DNA of 64,000 bases from the NCBI RefSeq assembly GCF_018977255.1, contig NW_024704742.1, positions 26,104,001 to 26,168,000 on the forward strand. Direction: 5' to 3'. Positions 48,865 through 62,951 of this stretch are shown here, piece by piece; the first letter of the stretch is position 1; the number at the start of each line of letters is the position of its first letter. This DNA comes from Callorhinchus milii. Lineage: Eukaryota. Both the position numbers and the translations under genes were made by a program. The notes below the pieces were generated by a model, which did no database searches, was not told the origin of the DNA, and was given only the letters and a program-made list of their open reading frames with translations.

Positions 48865-49669
48865 CTTTAAACAAAGATGATAAAAGACTCAAGTTACAAT
48901 AAAGAAAGAAAGAACGAGAGAGAGAGAGAGAAAGGAAGGAACTGCCTGATTGCTTTGAAACGTTGTACAGAACTGCACAAGGTGGACAAATTCCCTTCTC
49001 TTTTTGAATAGTGCCATTGGATCTTTAATATTCTCCAACACCTAAGCCTGAAGATGTTTTATATATAGCATGCTTCCTTGCTCCCTAAATGCTGAGCTAA
49101 GAAAGCTATTGCCTACAGTGAAACTGAGCCACAGAATCCCAGAAGTTTTGACCTTCTGTCTACATTGAGATAAATGACTTCAACTAAACTCAGGCAAGGA
49201 ACCAATATTCAGTCAACACACATAATGTGTATGTAGCAAATGTCAATATCTTCAGGACAGGAGGGGAGACTCTAGAAGGGAACCAAATGCAATCATTTAT
49301 TTTGACAATCTAGCTATACAGCACAGTTGTTGGGTGCTTTCTGCCATCTTCCTGACTAAGGACTGTGTGTTATGCGGAGACATTATGTGGGGAGGGGAGT
49401 GGGGGGATTGCCTTTAAAATGCAATAACCTGTATTCAACAGCAAGACAGTAATAATCAACTTGCCACACAGAGACTGAAAAGTAATCTTCACATAAATCC
49501 AGTACAGGATTATATGTGCTGTAAATTGTTTTGAGTTACTGCATCAAAAATGTGACCTGTTTAAGACCACAGTCCCGCCTACCCCTAGAGGGGTATACAC
49601 ATCATCATGAAGAATACGTGTATGTGACTGATAGAGAACTTTGTACCTGGTACCATTACAGCAACTTAC

Positions 49670-49811
49670 CACTGCCTTCTCCCAGATGATGCTCATTCTT
49701 TCTTCAATGCCATTTGTGCCTTCAGGGATTAAGCAGAAGTTATCTTTCCCAATGGCTTTCTGAGCTGTGGTGAATGTGCTGTGTGCACTCCCCGTGACCT
49801 GCAGATCTCCG
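49670..49811 (-). CDS. CRMP1: CRMP1 exon ([47 protein letters not shown])
   Basis: 142 nt, AG/GT. Confidence 0.96.
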
Positions 49812-50455
49812 CTAGGAGAAAAATACAAACCAAAGCATGTCAGATAATTTGTTCCTAATGGAATAAGGAATCACGTTCCCCATGTGGCTCAGAGGGTAAT
49901 GATGACCATAAAGTGAAGTACTGAGCCATCCAGAATAGAAGACAATATTCTGTGCTCACTTAACTCATCTTAACCAGGATAATAGTGATGGGTTGGCACA
50001 ATTGGCTTTCAATTGATCCTTAGATTATGGAGGCTGTCAAACCCAGCCATAGTTTTTATTCTCAAACACTGTTCAGTGAGTCAATTCTGTAAAGGACATA
50101 TGCGTGGACCTCCAAGTCATGAAATTCAACCAAGTCTTAACCTTTTATACCATTTTGTCTTAAAATTTAAAATTGCGCAGAATTATGAGAAATCCTGAAA
50201 TTCACCCTTAATTTGAAAGCAGTTTTTTTTTAAAAAAACAGTAGGAAACTGGCTTCCAATTTACAGTTCAGTTCTACTATAATCTGGTGCTTTACAGCAC
50301 AAATTTGGTTATAATAAGGTTATAATCCACACACATGAAGCCAAGCCACTCTCTTCCCAGTCAACTCTCACACTGAAATGGCTAACATTCAGATCATGTA
50401 ATTACTTTCTGCTTTGTGCATGCTCGCCACTGAGAAATGGCAATGGCAGCCACCC

Positions 50456-50770
50456 AATAATAATAATCCTTGCATTTGATATAGCTCCTTTCATGTCTTC
50501 TAGACGTCTCAAAGTGCTTCACAGAATATGCTGTAAAGTGAATTGACTGTATATTTGTAGGCGAAATGCGGCAGCCAATTGCGCACAGCAGTGTCCCACA
50601 AAAGGTCGTGGATTGAAAATGACCAATTTATTATCGTTTTGTTTTTTGGAGGATTATTATTCGGCTTGTGGAGTAAGGAAACTTGCCCAAGGTTTAGCCC
50701 TGTCTGGAACTGAACCCAGGTGTCTCGCGTGCAAAGCGAGTGTTTTCACTACTGAGCTACAGGACTCCAC
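50456..50770 (-). mobile_element. Same young SINE, full length
   Basis: Reverse complement of the 21281 copy. Confidence 0.9.
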
Positions 50771-52468
50771 AATGATCTAGAAGTCAGCCGTAATTTTCAA
50801 CACGGGAACAGGTCAGTACACAAGGACTACGCCATACGGCTGTACACATTGCCAGGGAAAAACTATCACGCCTTGTTTAGTGCAAGTTGGAATTTCATGG
50901 CTCTCAACCACTATATTGTAACAGCCACAGCTTTCATTTATACAGCGCTTTTACATAGGATACTGTCTTGGAGCACTTCACAGTGGATGCCGAGCAAGGA
51001 AGGAGAGAGGGAAGTGACCATAGAGGTTGAAGAAGTAGCCTGAACTTGTCCTCAACCAAGGTTTCAAATTTTACCTGGACTTAAAGATCATTTTCTCTTA
51101 AAATTTAAGATCCCCTGAGCAGTGAACATTTCTCAAATTCAGTTATAAGGCAATAATTCAGATCCATAAAATCCCAACTCACGCTAAAACAAGCTTGATA
51201 GCCACTTGATGTGAGCAACACCAACATATTATCATGATTCATAAAGTGCCTTAATAAGGGCTCTAGAATTCTGCTCCAGAAATAGGGGAAGTCTGCTCCA
51301 GATATAGGAGCAGAGTTCTCATGAGTCAACATTACCTACAGGGAACTCCTGATAACTCGTCACTCCAAGAGAAAAGGGCTAAATGACTAGTTATCTGGAG
51401 TGGCCAGTTCAGCATACGTTTAAGTATGTGAATAAATGTATTCGGGATATTGCCAGCATGATGACTAAAGTAGTAGTGACAAGTTAATCCGGGGTTGAAT
51501 TAGCAGGAGTTTACTGTAGCTCCAATTACCAGAAGGACTTCCTATTTGCAATCTTGAATCCCGAATTTAAGGAATCCCGTTGTTAATCACTACAATTCAT
51601 GGGGCCATCTTTGCCCAGAATTAGCTTTGCATATAAAATATTGGGGGTTCTTTTGTAGTTTTGCCCCATTATCCTTTAACCAGCGTTCTGCCTTTGTTTA
51701 TATCTTTGCTTGAGGGGATGGAGATTGCTGGGTCAGTAAAGGTTCAGTGGTCATACTTGAAAGACACAGGCTCAATCAATTTTATCCCCTCTGCTAATCT
51801 CCTGTGTTCTTTGGAGAAGGGCTGAGCAGAGCTCAGAGGGATAATTGGTGTAAGTATCTTCACTGAGGTATAGGAGTATTGTAAGATTCCTGCAGGCAGC
51901 ACTTGTGCTCCCATTCCTTCCCCCACTGGCCACAGCAGATGTTAGGGTGCGCTTGTGAGGGGATGGCAAGCAAGCCAGAAATAGAAAATAAGCCTTTGCA
52001 AGCAACCTGTCACTTTGGACTGAAATAGGTACTGTGCAGGAATAACACAGGCAGAAGGACCTTCTTTATCCAAACTTCTTTTGTGATCTACTGTTTGACA
52101 TAAGGTATTGTTGAAGGCATGGGCATAGCCTTGTGTGGGCCTAGGTAGGTCATGGCCCACCGAATTAACACTCAGATCAGCCCATGGGCTGTGCATGCTG
52201 CCTCTGAACTCCTGGGACGTTCCTGCTCTCTTCCTATCATTCAGCAGCTCGCCGTGCTGCGTGAGAAGGTATAGGTTGTCCCGCCTTTCCTGAGCACCAA
52301 CTGATGTTGCTAGGCACATTCACATTCACCTTGTCACATGTCAATCTCTGCGCTCGTGTCCCACTCCAGCTCTCTTCCCCGTCAGAGTGGAAGGTATGAG
52401 GCAGCGCAGAGATTGACAGGAAGAGAGCCAGAGCAGGAGGTATGATACCAGCCACTCGGGTGCTTTTT

Positions 52469-52560
52469 CAGTGGCGTAGCTAGGAATGGAAACCTTTGTT
52501 CATTGCCCGTCCACCATAAGTCATTGCCCACCCAAATATCCATTCCCAGCTACGCCCCTG
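52469..52560. mobile_element. 92-bp MITE-like element with 22-bp terminal inverted repeats (hAT-like ends)
   Basis: CAGTGGCGTAGCTAGGAATGGA ... TCCATTCCCAGCTACGCCCCTG (20/22 match); no target-site duplication seen. Confidence 0.7.
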
Positions 52561-52786
52561 GAAGGTAACAGTGTCCTTCAGGCTAAAATCAATCCCCCCT
52601 CAATAACAATCCTCAGAATACTGCAGCATACAACAAAGGTGCTCACAAACAAAATTACTCACCTGTAGCAAACCAAAACCGCATTTAAGTTCAATATATA
52701 TGAAAAGTTCAGAGTGAAATGTCTCTCTAACACTATATGGCCAGGGTTTGCCATTTACAAGGATTAAACTGATGCAACGGTCATAC

Positions 52787-52943
52787 CAGGCTAATAGAGA
52801 GTTGAGGTGGTCGGGTGTTGTGGGATCAGGACTCAGTGGTGGTGATGTTACAAAGGCCGCAGCTTTGGCCCAGTTTTTGCTCCAGTAATGGGTTCCATCT
52901 GTCCCAAGGCTTGCAGTGATTGGCTCTCCAAAAACTACAGCTC
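52787..52943 (-). CDS. CRMP1: CRMP1 exon ([52 protein letters not shown])
   Basis: 157 nt, AG/GT; absent from the ORF track, read manually. Confidence 0.96.
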
Positions 52944-53430
52944 CTGTTAATAAAGGAACAAACAGAATCTGGCACTGAGTCCTTTAAGTCTCTTTTTTGT
53001 CATGTTCTCTTTTATGGTTTTATTCATTCCAAAAACCTCTGTAAGATACTTAATTTTTCAAAAAATATGAGTTTCTCTTGGAATACTTCAAACGTACGGG
53101 TTTGATTTGTGTACACAAGAGTCAGATCTGTTTGCTTCACATTTCTGGAAATTGTTTTTTAATTTCCTTCATTTTAAAACTATAAATAATAAGCAATAAT
53201 AATAATAATCCTCACATTTGATACAGCGCCTCATCATGTCATTGAGATTTCTCAAAGCACTTTACAGGATTTGATGTGATTGTTTTGTGAACAAGAAATA
53301 AATAATTATAAATTATTTTCTTCTCCTGAGGTTTCCTGCAACACATATGGATGATCTGTTTCCAGGCCTCTGCTTAAGGTACTCCTGAACTAGCTGCTAA
53401 AGTGAACACTGAACAAGCACATAAATACAA

Positions 53431-54900
53431 ACAAAATTACATTTGTAAAGCTCCTTTCACGTCAGAGGATGACCTAAGGCACTGAACAGTCAGGAATTAG
53501 GACTTAAGAAGGGGGAGAGGGGGGGAATTAGGGAGGGTGGGGGTCAGAGAGGGTAGGAGGGTGGCTGAAGGCACAGTCAAAGTGAAGGGTCTTGAGGCGT
53601 GCCTTGAAGGAAGAAAGGGAGGGAGCCAGGCAAAGGGAATGTGGGATGGAATTCTGGAGGGTGGGCAGAGAGGCTGAAGGCCCAATTGTCGATGGTGGGG
53701 CGGGCCAGGCGGGGGACATGAAGCAGGCGGGAGCCTGCTGAACAGAGGCAGCGGACAGGTTGATAAGGGGTTAGCAGGTTGAAGAGGAAGGAGGGGGCAA
53801 GGCCGTGGAGGGCCTTGAAGGTGAGCACGAGAATTCTGAACTCGATCCTCTGAGGGATGGGGAGCCAGTGGAGCCGGGTGAGGGTGGGTGTGAAGGGGGT
53901 CATGGAGCCTGGTGCGGGAGAGGGCACAAGCTGCAGAGTTCTGGGTGGTCTGCAGCTTGTGGAGGGAAGAGTTGGGAAGGCCGATACGCAGGGCGTTGGC
54001 ATAGTTGAGCCTGGATTTAATGAAGGCATGGATGAGGGTTTCGGCAGCCTGAGAGGTGAGGCAGAGGCAGAGTCGGGCAATATTGCAGAGGTGGGGGAAG
54101 GCAGTGCATGTCATGGCATGAATCTGGGGGAGAAGGGACAGTTGAGGGTCGAACTGGATGTGACAGGCAGTCAGTGGTCCTGGAGTCGAGGGTGGAGGCA
54201 GAGAGATAGAGTTGGGTGTCATCCGCTTACATGTGGAAGTTGACCCCATGTCTGTGGATGACATCACCAAGAGGGAGTATGTACAGGTTGAAGAGGAGCG
54301 GACCGAGGGCTGAGCCTTGAGGAACATCGCACATGGCGGTGCGGGGGCTTGAGGAGAAGCCGTTTGTGGAAACAAAGTGGAGCCGATGTGAGAGATAGGA
54401 TCTGAGCCATTCAAGGACAGAACCTTAAGGTTGAGGTGACAGGAGAGGCGGTGGAGGAGGATTGAGTGGTCCACAGTGCCAAAGGCAGCAGAGAGGTCCA
54501 GGAGGACGAGGAGACAGAGGGAGCCCTGGTCACAGATGGACAGAATGTCATTTGTCACCTTGACCAGGGCTGTTTCCATGATGTAGGCAGCACGGAAACC
54601 CAATTGGTGTGGTTCATAAAAGAAGTGGCAGAAGAGGAAGGAATGAACCTGGGAAGCAATAACTCTTTCAAGGACATTGGAAAGGAAGTTTGGAGATGTA
54701 GCTGTAGTTAGTGAGTAGGGATGGGTCCAGGGAGCTTTTTTTAGGATAGAGATGATGACAGCTGTTTTTAGGGGGATGGGAACGGTGTCAGTTGACATGG
54801 AGAGGTTGACGAAGTCTGAGAGTAAAGGGGCGAGGAGGTGGAGCTGGGAATAAGGAGAGGGATAGGGATGGGGCCAAAGGAGCAGGTGGTGGGCTTCATA
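53431..54900 (-). mobile_element. L2-clade LINE, RT and 3' tail, decayed
   Basis: ETALVKVTNDIL, LLDLSAAFGTVDH, ETLIHAFIKSRLNYAN, LHWLPIPQRIEFRIL, with frameshifts; tail TGAAAGGAGCTTTACAAATGTAA. Confidence 0.92.
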
Positions 54901-56020
54901 AAGACATAAAAAAGCACAACATGACCAACAGACGATCTGCCCCTTTCTTTTCACAGTGCATTAAGAATGCTGCAACACAGGAAAAGGAGAACCCACTCAA
55001 CCACAGAGCATGTTCTGCTATTTTACTCGATCACAGCAAATCTTTGAATCCCACCTCCTCGCCTTTTCTCCAAACCCTTACTTCCCAACAGTGATTTGTA
55101 TTTGTGTTTATTTTCCTTTGCTTGTGTGACAGTACTTGTCACATTCTCAGAACCTTTCTTTGTGTGAAGAAATGTCAAATGAAACTAATCCTTGCATTTG
55201 AAATAGTGCCCATAACATCAAAAAAATCTCAAAGTGATTCACAAAGTTTCTATACATTGACTGGATATTTGCAGGCAAATGCGGCTGCCAATTTATGCAC
55301 AGGCATGCTATGACTCATGACCTACAAATGAGGTGAAGCAATTTAATCTGGAAGATTGTTGGTCAGGACACTGGGATAAACTCCCTCTTCTTTTTGAATA
55401 GTGTCATGGGATCTGCAATGCCCACCTGAACAGGCAGACTGATTTAATCTGCTAAGGAAAGTTTCTGCATGGTTTGGTTTTCTCTCCCTGCCAGCTTCAG
55501 GAGAAATGTCTTACTCACTGTCAGTGCTTCGATAGGCCGCTGGAGTGGGTACGATCTGGGGAACCTAATGCCCCCACTCCATCAGCACAATAAACCACTG
55601 CATAACCCAACAGTTCTGAGACTGTTGTCAATCCAATTGCTCGTTGCTTTGGTGAAACTTCTTTGCAAACCGGGGAATGAAAAATAGGACATCTCATTGA
55701 CACATTTAATGCATCATTTCAAGTCTGTTATGAAACATCACAATTTTCACCCCAGGGTGGCCAAGAAATATTCTGTAAATAGATAATGTTTAATAAGGGC
55801 CATTGGAAACAAAACAAACAGCATAAAAGTGCTGCAAAAGAATACCACTGTGTAAACATCACCCTGGATCACTATTACGGTGCACACCGACAGGTCATGA
55901 CAGCACAACCTTAAACTAAAGCACCAACAGAATTAAAACAGTTTACATTAGAGATAAAATAAGGTCTTCCTAAATAAAATCTTTGCAACCTGTTGAAGTT
56001 GTGCCATACAGACTAAAAAG

Positions 56021-56374
56021 GTCAGCCTGGCTCAGTGGTAGCACTCTCTCCTCTGAATCAGGGGTTGTGGGTTCAAACCCAACATCAGGATTTTGAGCTC
56101 ATTGTCTTGCCTGATACTCTAATGCAGTGCTGGGGGTGTGTTGTATGGTCGGAGATGCTATCATTTGAATGAGACATTAAACCAAAGCCCCATCTGCCTG
56201 TTCAGGTGGATGCTAAAGATTCCATGGCACTATTTGAAAAGAAAGAGGAGCTTATCTCTGGGTCCTAAAACATACCCAATCACTCTAGTTAACAATGTAA
56301 TCCTACAAAGCACTTTGAGACATCTTCCAGACTTGAATGGTGCTAAAACAAATGTAACTATTGTTATTATTATC
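56021..56374 (+). mobile_element. Deu-domain-like tRNA SINE
   Basis: Same head and core as the 1949 and 37204 copies. Confidence 0.8.
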
Positions 56375-56615
56375 TAGGGAACCCTGCTGGAAAGTGTGTG
56401 TGTGGAGATATCACATAAAAACAGCAAACAGCTTAGTTAGGATGGCTCACACCCCCTCACCACCCATGGTCCAATCTCCTGCTGACATTGAAGGTCAGGA
56501 TCACACATGAAGAACAGGTACTTTGGGAGGTAGGAGAGGACAGCCAGTGCCTATACAATTTATATTTATATAGTGCCTTTCATGACAAGAGGTTTCAAAG
56601 CACTTCACACTGCTA

Positions 56616-56977
56616 GTGGAGCGTTGTAGTTTAGTGGTTAGAGCATTCGCCTCACAAGCGAGAGAACCTGGGTTTGATTCTGGTGGGCAAGCTTCCTTAT
56701 TCCATACGCCTCCGTTTACCTAGCAGTATGTAGAAACCGAATTGTTAGTCGATTGGCGGATCACTTTTCCAGGGCTAATAATCCCTCCAAAAAAATATAT
56801 ATTTTGGTCACTCAATTCTCAACTGTTTATGGGACACTGCTGTGTGCAATTAGCTGCCACGTTTTGCTCACAAAATATACAGTCAATTCACTTTACAGTA
56901 TATTCTGTGAAGCGCTTTGAGACATCTCGAAGACTTGATAAGGTGCTATACCAAATGCCAGGATTAGTATTATTATT
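56616..56977 (+). mobile_element. Older, longer SINE variant
   Basis: Same organisation as the 33135 copy. Confidence 0.85.
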
Positions 56978-57770
56978 CCCTGGGTACCTTACCTAGGGGT
57001 TGGCAGCTGGGAAAGGAAAAGATGACCAAAAGAGGTATGTCTTGAGACGGGCTTTGAACCTGGGTTAGGGTTATGGCGAGGGCGGGAGAGAGTTGGAGAG
57101 GCTCTGGGATAGAGTTCAGAACCATAAAGTCCCCATAAAAAAGTGCCTTCAAGCAGACAGGGAATAACTGGGGACTTGGGAAGAGTTAAATAAGTTAAGG
57201 CAGCAACTGAAAATCATAATCTACATTGTCAACATTTATATTCAGTTATAAAGAACTAAAATGTTATTTCATGGCTTCAATCTTTACAGTAACTCTGTAG
57301 TACAGGCTCTTTCTCTCTCCCCCACACACACATACTCCAACTCAGTAACCCCTCCAGCATTAAGCAACCATACCCGTCCATCACTTTTCCCTGAAAACGG
57401 ACAGAAGAAAAATTAAACAGATATTGAAGCCATGATGTGATTTTTTGTTTCAGAAAAATTGAAAACACTAATGATTCCAACATCCACAAGCAAATCCAAT
57501 TCACAACACGGTCACAACCCATTCTCTGCTGCCTGTCTTATAATGTAATGTTTGGACTCCTAATTTTGCTGTGGGCAGAACTTGGAGCCTCATGTTAAGC
57601 TACGTGGACTGTCATTGACTGGTGAGCATTACAATGTAGAGCTGGGGAAGTGTAAGTAGTGTTCGTGTGATTTGCCTCTCCTTGAACTGCAGAATAATTC
57701 AGTATTAATGCTGAAATACGGATGGTCTGAGTATTCTGGAGGCAGCATTTGGAAGTCGTGTGGGTCTTAC

Positions 57771-57891
57771 CTTTTTTCCTGGCTTGGGCAATTACATCAG
57801 CTGCACTTTTACTCATCACCTTGGTGATATACAAGGGACAATTGATCCGACTGGCAATAGTGATAGCACGATAAACAGCCTCAGCCTCCAA
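57771..57891 (-). CDS. CRMP1: CRMP1 exon ([40 protein letters not shown])
   Basis: 121 nt, AG/GT. Confidence 0.96.
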
Positions 57892-58144
57892 CTGTAAAGA
57901 AAGCATGAGGAAGTAAATATTGAGCTTAGAATTGGTCAAGTGCATTGTTTAAATATGACTAATACACCATCTAGATGTAAATCTCGCACGTGGTCTAATC
58001 ATTGCAACTTGGTTTTATTTATTATTGTCGATCCCTTTATTATTAGCTTTGATTGTTTCTTATATATATACAAGTTAGTTCACCATCCTCAGGCTGGTCT
58101 TGTGATTGTTGTGTGAAGGAAACAGAGAAACGAAAAGGCTTTAC

Positions 58145-58213
58145 CTCTTCGGGCCTGCTCAGTGCATGACCTTCAGGTCCATTTATTCCCATTTCCAAAA
58201 TCCGCTTTTGTTC
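58145..58213 (-). CDS. CRMP1: CRMP1 exon ([23 protein letters not shown])
   Basis: 69 nt, GPEGH motif. Confidence 0.95.
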
Positions 58214-60273
58214 CTAAAAAATAATTTTTTAAAAGTTACAGTATTAACCTCCTGATATGGGTACCTCAATTGAATGTCAATAATTGTCCTTTGTCACGCT
58301 TTAAACGTGCTTGGACATACAATACAATTTACATTTATATAGAGCCTTTCACGATGGAAGGATGTCTCAAAGCATCTAAAACTGCTTGTTGTGCACCCGA
58401 GCTGGTGGGAGCCAAAGGTGATTAGGAGGGAAAAGTTGACCCAAAGTCCAGACACAGGTAGGTCTCGAGACAGGCCTTGAACCAGGGGAAGGAGTGAGGG
58501 AAGCAACAAGTTGGAGTCACTCGGCACTGCAGTTCCAGAGAGCAGAGATGGACAGAATGGTTAAAAGCCTGCTCGCCAATGTTGGGTTGACATGAAGCAA
58601 GCCAACATGTTCACTGGTAGGTAGCTATTGCTGCCTTCTTGCACAGTCAGATAGCACAACAATAACTTGCATTCATAAAGCAGCCTTCACACAGGGTAGC
58701 ATCTCAGTGCACTTAACAATGGTGGAGCTTTAAGCTGAGCCAGGGAGAGGTGGGGAGGGGACAGCAGGCACAATCGAAGAAGAGGGTCTTCAGGTGTGAT
58801 CTGAAGATGGATAACAACGACAAATTAGATTTGTATTGCACCTTTCATGTCAGGAGGACGACCCAAGGCGCTGACAAGGAGACAGAAAGCTCCAGAGTCT
58901 CAGGGTGTAATGGTTAAAGCATTTAATTAAACCAATTGCAATTGTTGGGTGACACAGGAAGCGACACAAAAGGAGAATAACAGTTAAAAAAAACTATCTG
59001 CATCAACGGTGCACATTCTATGCTCTACATAGGATAGATGTAATCGATTTTATGATCCTTCTGCAGATCATCAATACACTAAACAGTGTATAAAAGATTT
59101 AAACAATTGCCAATTGTGGTGGCAGGGGAGCAACCAGATTGTCAAGGTTGGATAGTTTGAAGCCAAAAGGACATGTTACCTCACCAACAAAATATACGAT
59201 CACTACACTTTACAGGATATTGTCTGAAGTGCTTTTGCTATGAAAGGCTCTACATTAAACATAATTATTATTATTTTTATTATTGTCAGTCACTCCTGCA
59301 GCTTAATCCTTCCAAATGGAGTCCTTGGGTACATATGTGCAACCACAAATCTCCCACCCCTGACCCAGGCTCCTGCTAGGAGCTAGACATCCTCCACAGC
59401 ATCTGTGATAATCTAGGTCACTAATACAGACATTGGGGACAGTGAGAAGGAACCACCTCAGGCTGTTCTGTGGCAGCTGCTGTCTCTCCTGCTGCTGTCT
59501 CATTCCATATACATTACATTACATATACCCTGCAGCAAAACACCAATATTCCCAAACAAGTGTACGTAGCACTTTTTGGTTCTAATACGATAAGAGGGAC
59601 TTCAGCGTGGAATTAATAGCCTGTGGTTGGACTTTCAGTCCACATATCAGAATACTGAAGATTCAGTATGCTTGTCAGCTCAAACTTGACAAAATACATT
59701 TTAGTTCCTATTAGCACCTGAACCGGGAAAAGGCAGGTATAGGACTGAAAGGATTGCTTTTTAAAAGACCCCGCACAGATGGATCGAATTGCCTTTTTCT
59801 GTCCTGTAAATTTCTATCACTCTATGAGTCTAGCACAGATTTCTATTTATATTGCTAGCATTATTTATGTTTAGTTTGAACAATGTAACACCACAAACCG
59901 GAATCAAAGGGATGCTGTTCACTAAGAACTTCTGCACAATGTAATATAGACAGTGCTGATTGAGAAGCTACTGTGGTTTGCAGTGGTTAAGAAGCCAAAG
60001 AGGTTTTCAGAATACGTTTACAAGGTCCAGAACTGAATGGTGTTCTGAGAGCTTCTGCTAGATCAGAACTGTAGGTGATATGATTAAAGAAGCAGGTCAC
60101 TTGCTAATTTACAGTAATCTCCTGCCCCGATCTAATAATAATTGGTTTACAATACACTGAAACGATTAAAACCTAAATAACTCAAAGGGGCATGGTCTTA
60201 ATGAAAAGGTGCTTGGCAAACCTTGTTTTGTTTCATTAAAAATTTTCATTTTCATGAAAACTAATATATTAAA

Positions 60274-60710
60274 AATAATATCCTTGCATTTGGTACAGAG
60301 CTTTTCATTGACAGGAGGTCATCTATCTCAAAGCCCCTTTCATTTATTGTACGGTTCAGTGACTGTGTTGTATTGTTTTGTAGGCAAATGTGGCAGCCAA
60401 TTTGTGCTAAGCAATGTTCCACAAAATAGCCATCCAGTGCATAACCAATTTTATTTGAGGGATTGTTGGCCAGATCACCAGGAAAAACTCCTTCCCAAGC
60501 AGTGTCAAGGGATCTTTACGTCCACTTAAAAGGGGCAGATGATTCATCGGTTTAATGTTTCATCTCAAGGACAGCACCTCCAACAATGCAGCGTTACCTC
60601 AACATTGCACTCGAGTGTCAGGGTAGATTGTGATTTTAAACTCCTAATGTGGTGGTTCAAGCCAATCTTTTGCCCTAGAGGCAAGAGTGCTACATCAGTG
60701 CCAGGCTGAT
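60274..60710 (-). mobile_element. Deu-domain-like tRNA SINE
   Basis: Reverse complement of the 37204-type element. Confidence 0.78.
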
Positions 60711-61023
60711 ACCTCTCATGCTCTAACCTTGTCTTTCTCTTTCAGATGCTGATTTAACTTGATACTGTGCTGGGAGGACAGTAGCGTAATCTGGATAGAT
60801 GAAACCACATGAGCCAAAGGGCCTTCATCATCCAAACCAATCTTGTGACCTGCTGCTGATTTTCAGCACCTTCTATTTTTACAATCTCTGTGAAATTTGT
60901 AGGGAAAACCTTTTATTTAACCTTTACTTACAAATCCATGGCACAATGATGTTAAAATACATGTTTGCTTCTCCTGTCACTGTACTGGAAATAAACAAAT
61001 AGATTAAAAACGGAGATGCTCAC

Positions 61024-61104
61024 CTCTGCAATCAGGTCCCCATTTTCCGCATGGACTAGGATGACAGCACCAAGATCCTTTAAAAAAGTGAAAGCCTCGT
61101 AAAG
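61024..61104 (-). CDS. CRMP1: CRMP1 exon ([27 protein letters not shown])
   Basis: 81 nt, VHAENG motif. Confidence 0.95.
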
Positions 61105-62951
61105 CTGCAAAGACCAACAAAAATATCAGTAAACAAGAGGTCAGCCTTAAATATTTAATAAATTATTGATATTATAGCTGAATCCCCATTGTCAGAAGCT
61201 GGAACATTTCACTACACCTGTTATTTTATTTTGTCGCACTTGTGAAGTCCAAACGCCCCCATGTCCTTAGTGGTAAGACAGCTAACAGTTTAGATTGTGG
61301 AGAATTTGGGGAAATTCTTGTATTCCAGCCTTACACGGTATCTGGTATTTGCTAATCTTCCACTGGAACATCAAAGGACCTGCTGTCAAATTAATACTGT
61401 TTCTAAGAAATTTTCCAAAATTTTGCACAATTTTAAAGAGAACGATCTAAAGATTGAGACCTGAGGAATTTCAGAACCTCAAATTGTTTGCATTTATTAG
61501 GATCAATAGTTCACTCTCTCCAATTTAATTAAAATTGTGCATTCATTTTCACAAGGCGCACAGCTGAAAATGTAACATATCAAGTTATCTCTGATTCCCG
61601 AGTGGAAACTGGTCTTCGAGTAGAGTTTGTTATAACAAGGGGATGCAATGTGTTATTCACGTGAAATCTCTACGAATAATGTACAAGAAATATTATCTGT
61701 GCATGCGTGACCACTCATAGAACGATTCCTCAAATGACTGATCGCAATTTCCAACTGAACGATTAACAGATGGTAATATGCAGCATTAACATGCTCCCAT
61801 CTATGCATATTACACAAACTGTAATACCAGAGCTCATATCTAAATCTGCCGTGATGTAGTTTTGACGGCTCTGTGCTGCCAGATGAAAAATGGAAATTGC
61901 TGCATCAACGCCAACCAGTCTGTGATCTCCAACCAGGTTTGTCTATTTCAGTCAGTGTTTTAGTTAAAGAGTAAAATTGCTGGGCACAAAGCAGCCTTTG
62001 TCGTCATTTTAGGACTTGTATCTTGCGGCATTTAAATAAATTTGTCAGCAATTCACACAATTTCGGACGCACATCAGAAGTCACGATTAGTGCAGCAGCT
62101 TCCAGTTTATGCACATCTAATTCAGGGCGACCCCCATTACAATGCGGTGTCTTAGATCCAAAAAATCAATCACTACTTTACTACCACAAACAAAAACAGC
62201 CACTGGTCCTCAGGTTACCGATGACATCACTCATGCAGCAAGCTGGCCGTTCAGCTGCCACCAATCTTAGGGAGTGTTTCTAGCACTGGAAATCCTCCTG
62301 AGAGCAGTCAGGGCTGACCAGCTGTCTTCCTAAACACTGCAAGAGTGCACATGAAGCAGGCCATTCCACATCTAAAGCTGATGTACACAACACTTCCAAT
62401 AACTCCAGGTCCACGGGACATCTGAATTCTAAGCAAACACATGCTGCAGCGAGACGCTGAGTAACAGGGTCGCCCTGTATATTATGTGGAGTAGGGAAGT
62501 TTGATTTGTGTTCGTTGATGTGAAGGGTGAGAGTGGCAGAATGAATTAAATCAGCATCAACATCCAGCAGTAGCAAATCTGATATCGTATGAAGCTTGGT
62601 TACATTTTGGGAGGAAAATCTTTGAAGGAGAAAAAATCTGGGAGGATCCCAACCTCTGTTCCTTGTGTCCCACTCGCCCTCACACTCCCATACTTGTATT
62701 TAAATCCCTATGCGTCCACGTTCCATTCCCCACACTGCCATTAGTTTATCTCCCAATCCTTCTCTCTCATCCACAGGCACATAGAACCTCACAACACAGC
62801 CCTCCTCAATGAGACTTTAATCCAGGATCCCATCTGCTTGCTCTCGAGTTCCAGCAAATAAAATCCCTCCTTTGGTTGTTTTAACACAGGCCCTCAATAA
62901 AGACAGAGGGTTATTCCCCACTGAATTAAAGGAAGTCGTGTGATACATTAC

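Noticed and set aside
53497..54954. 485-aa ORF as a host gene
   Set aside because: Frameshifted L2 reverse transcriptase fragments inside a CRMP1 intron
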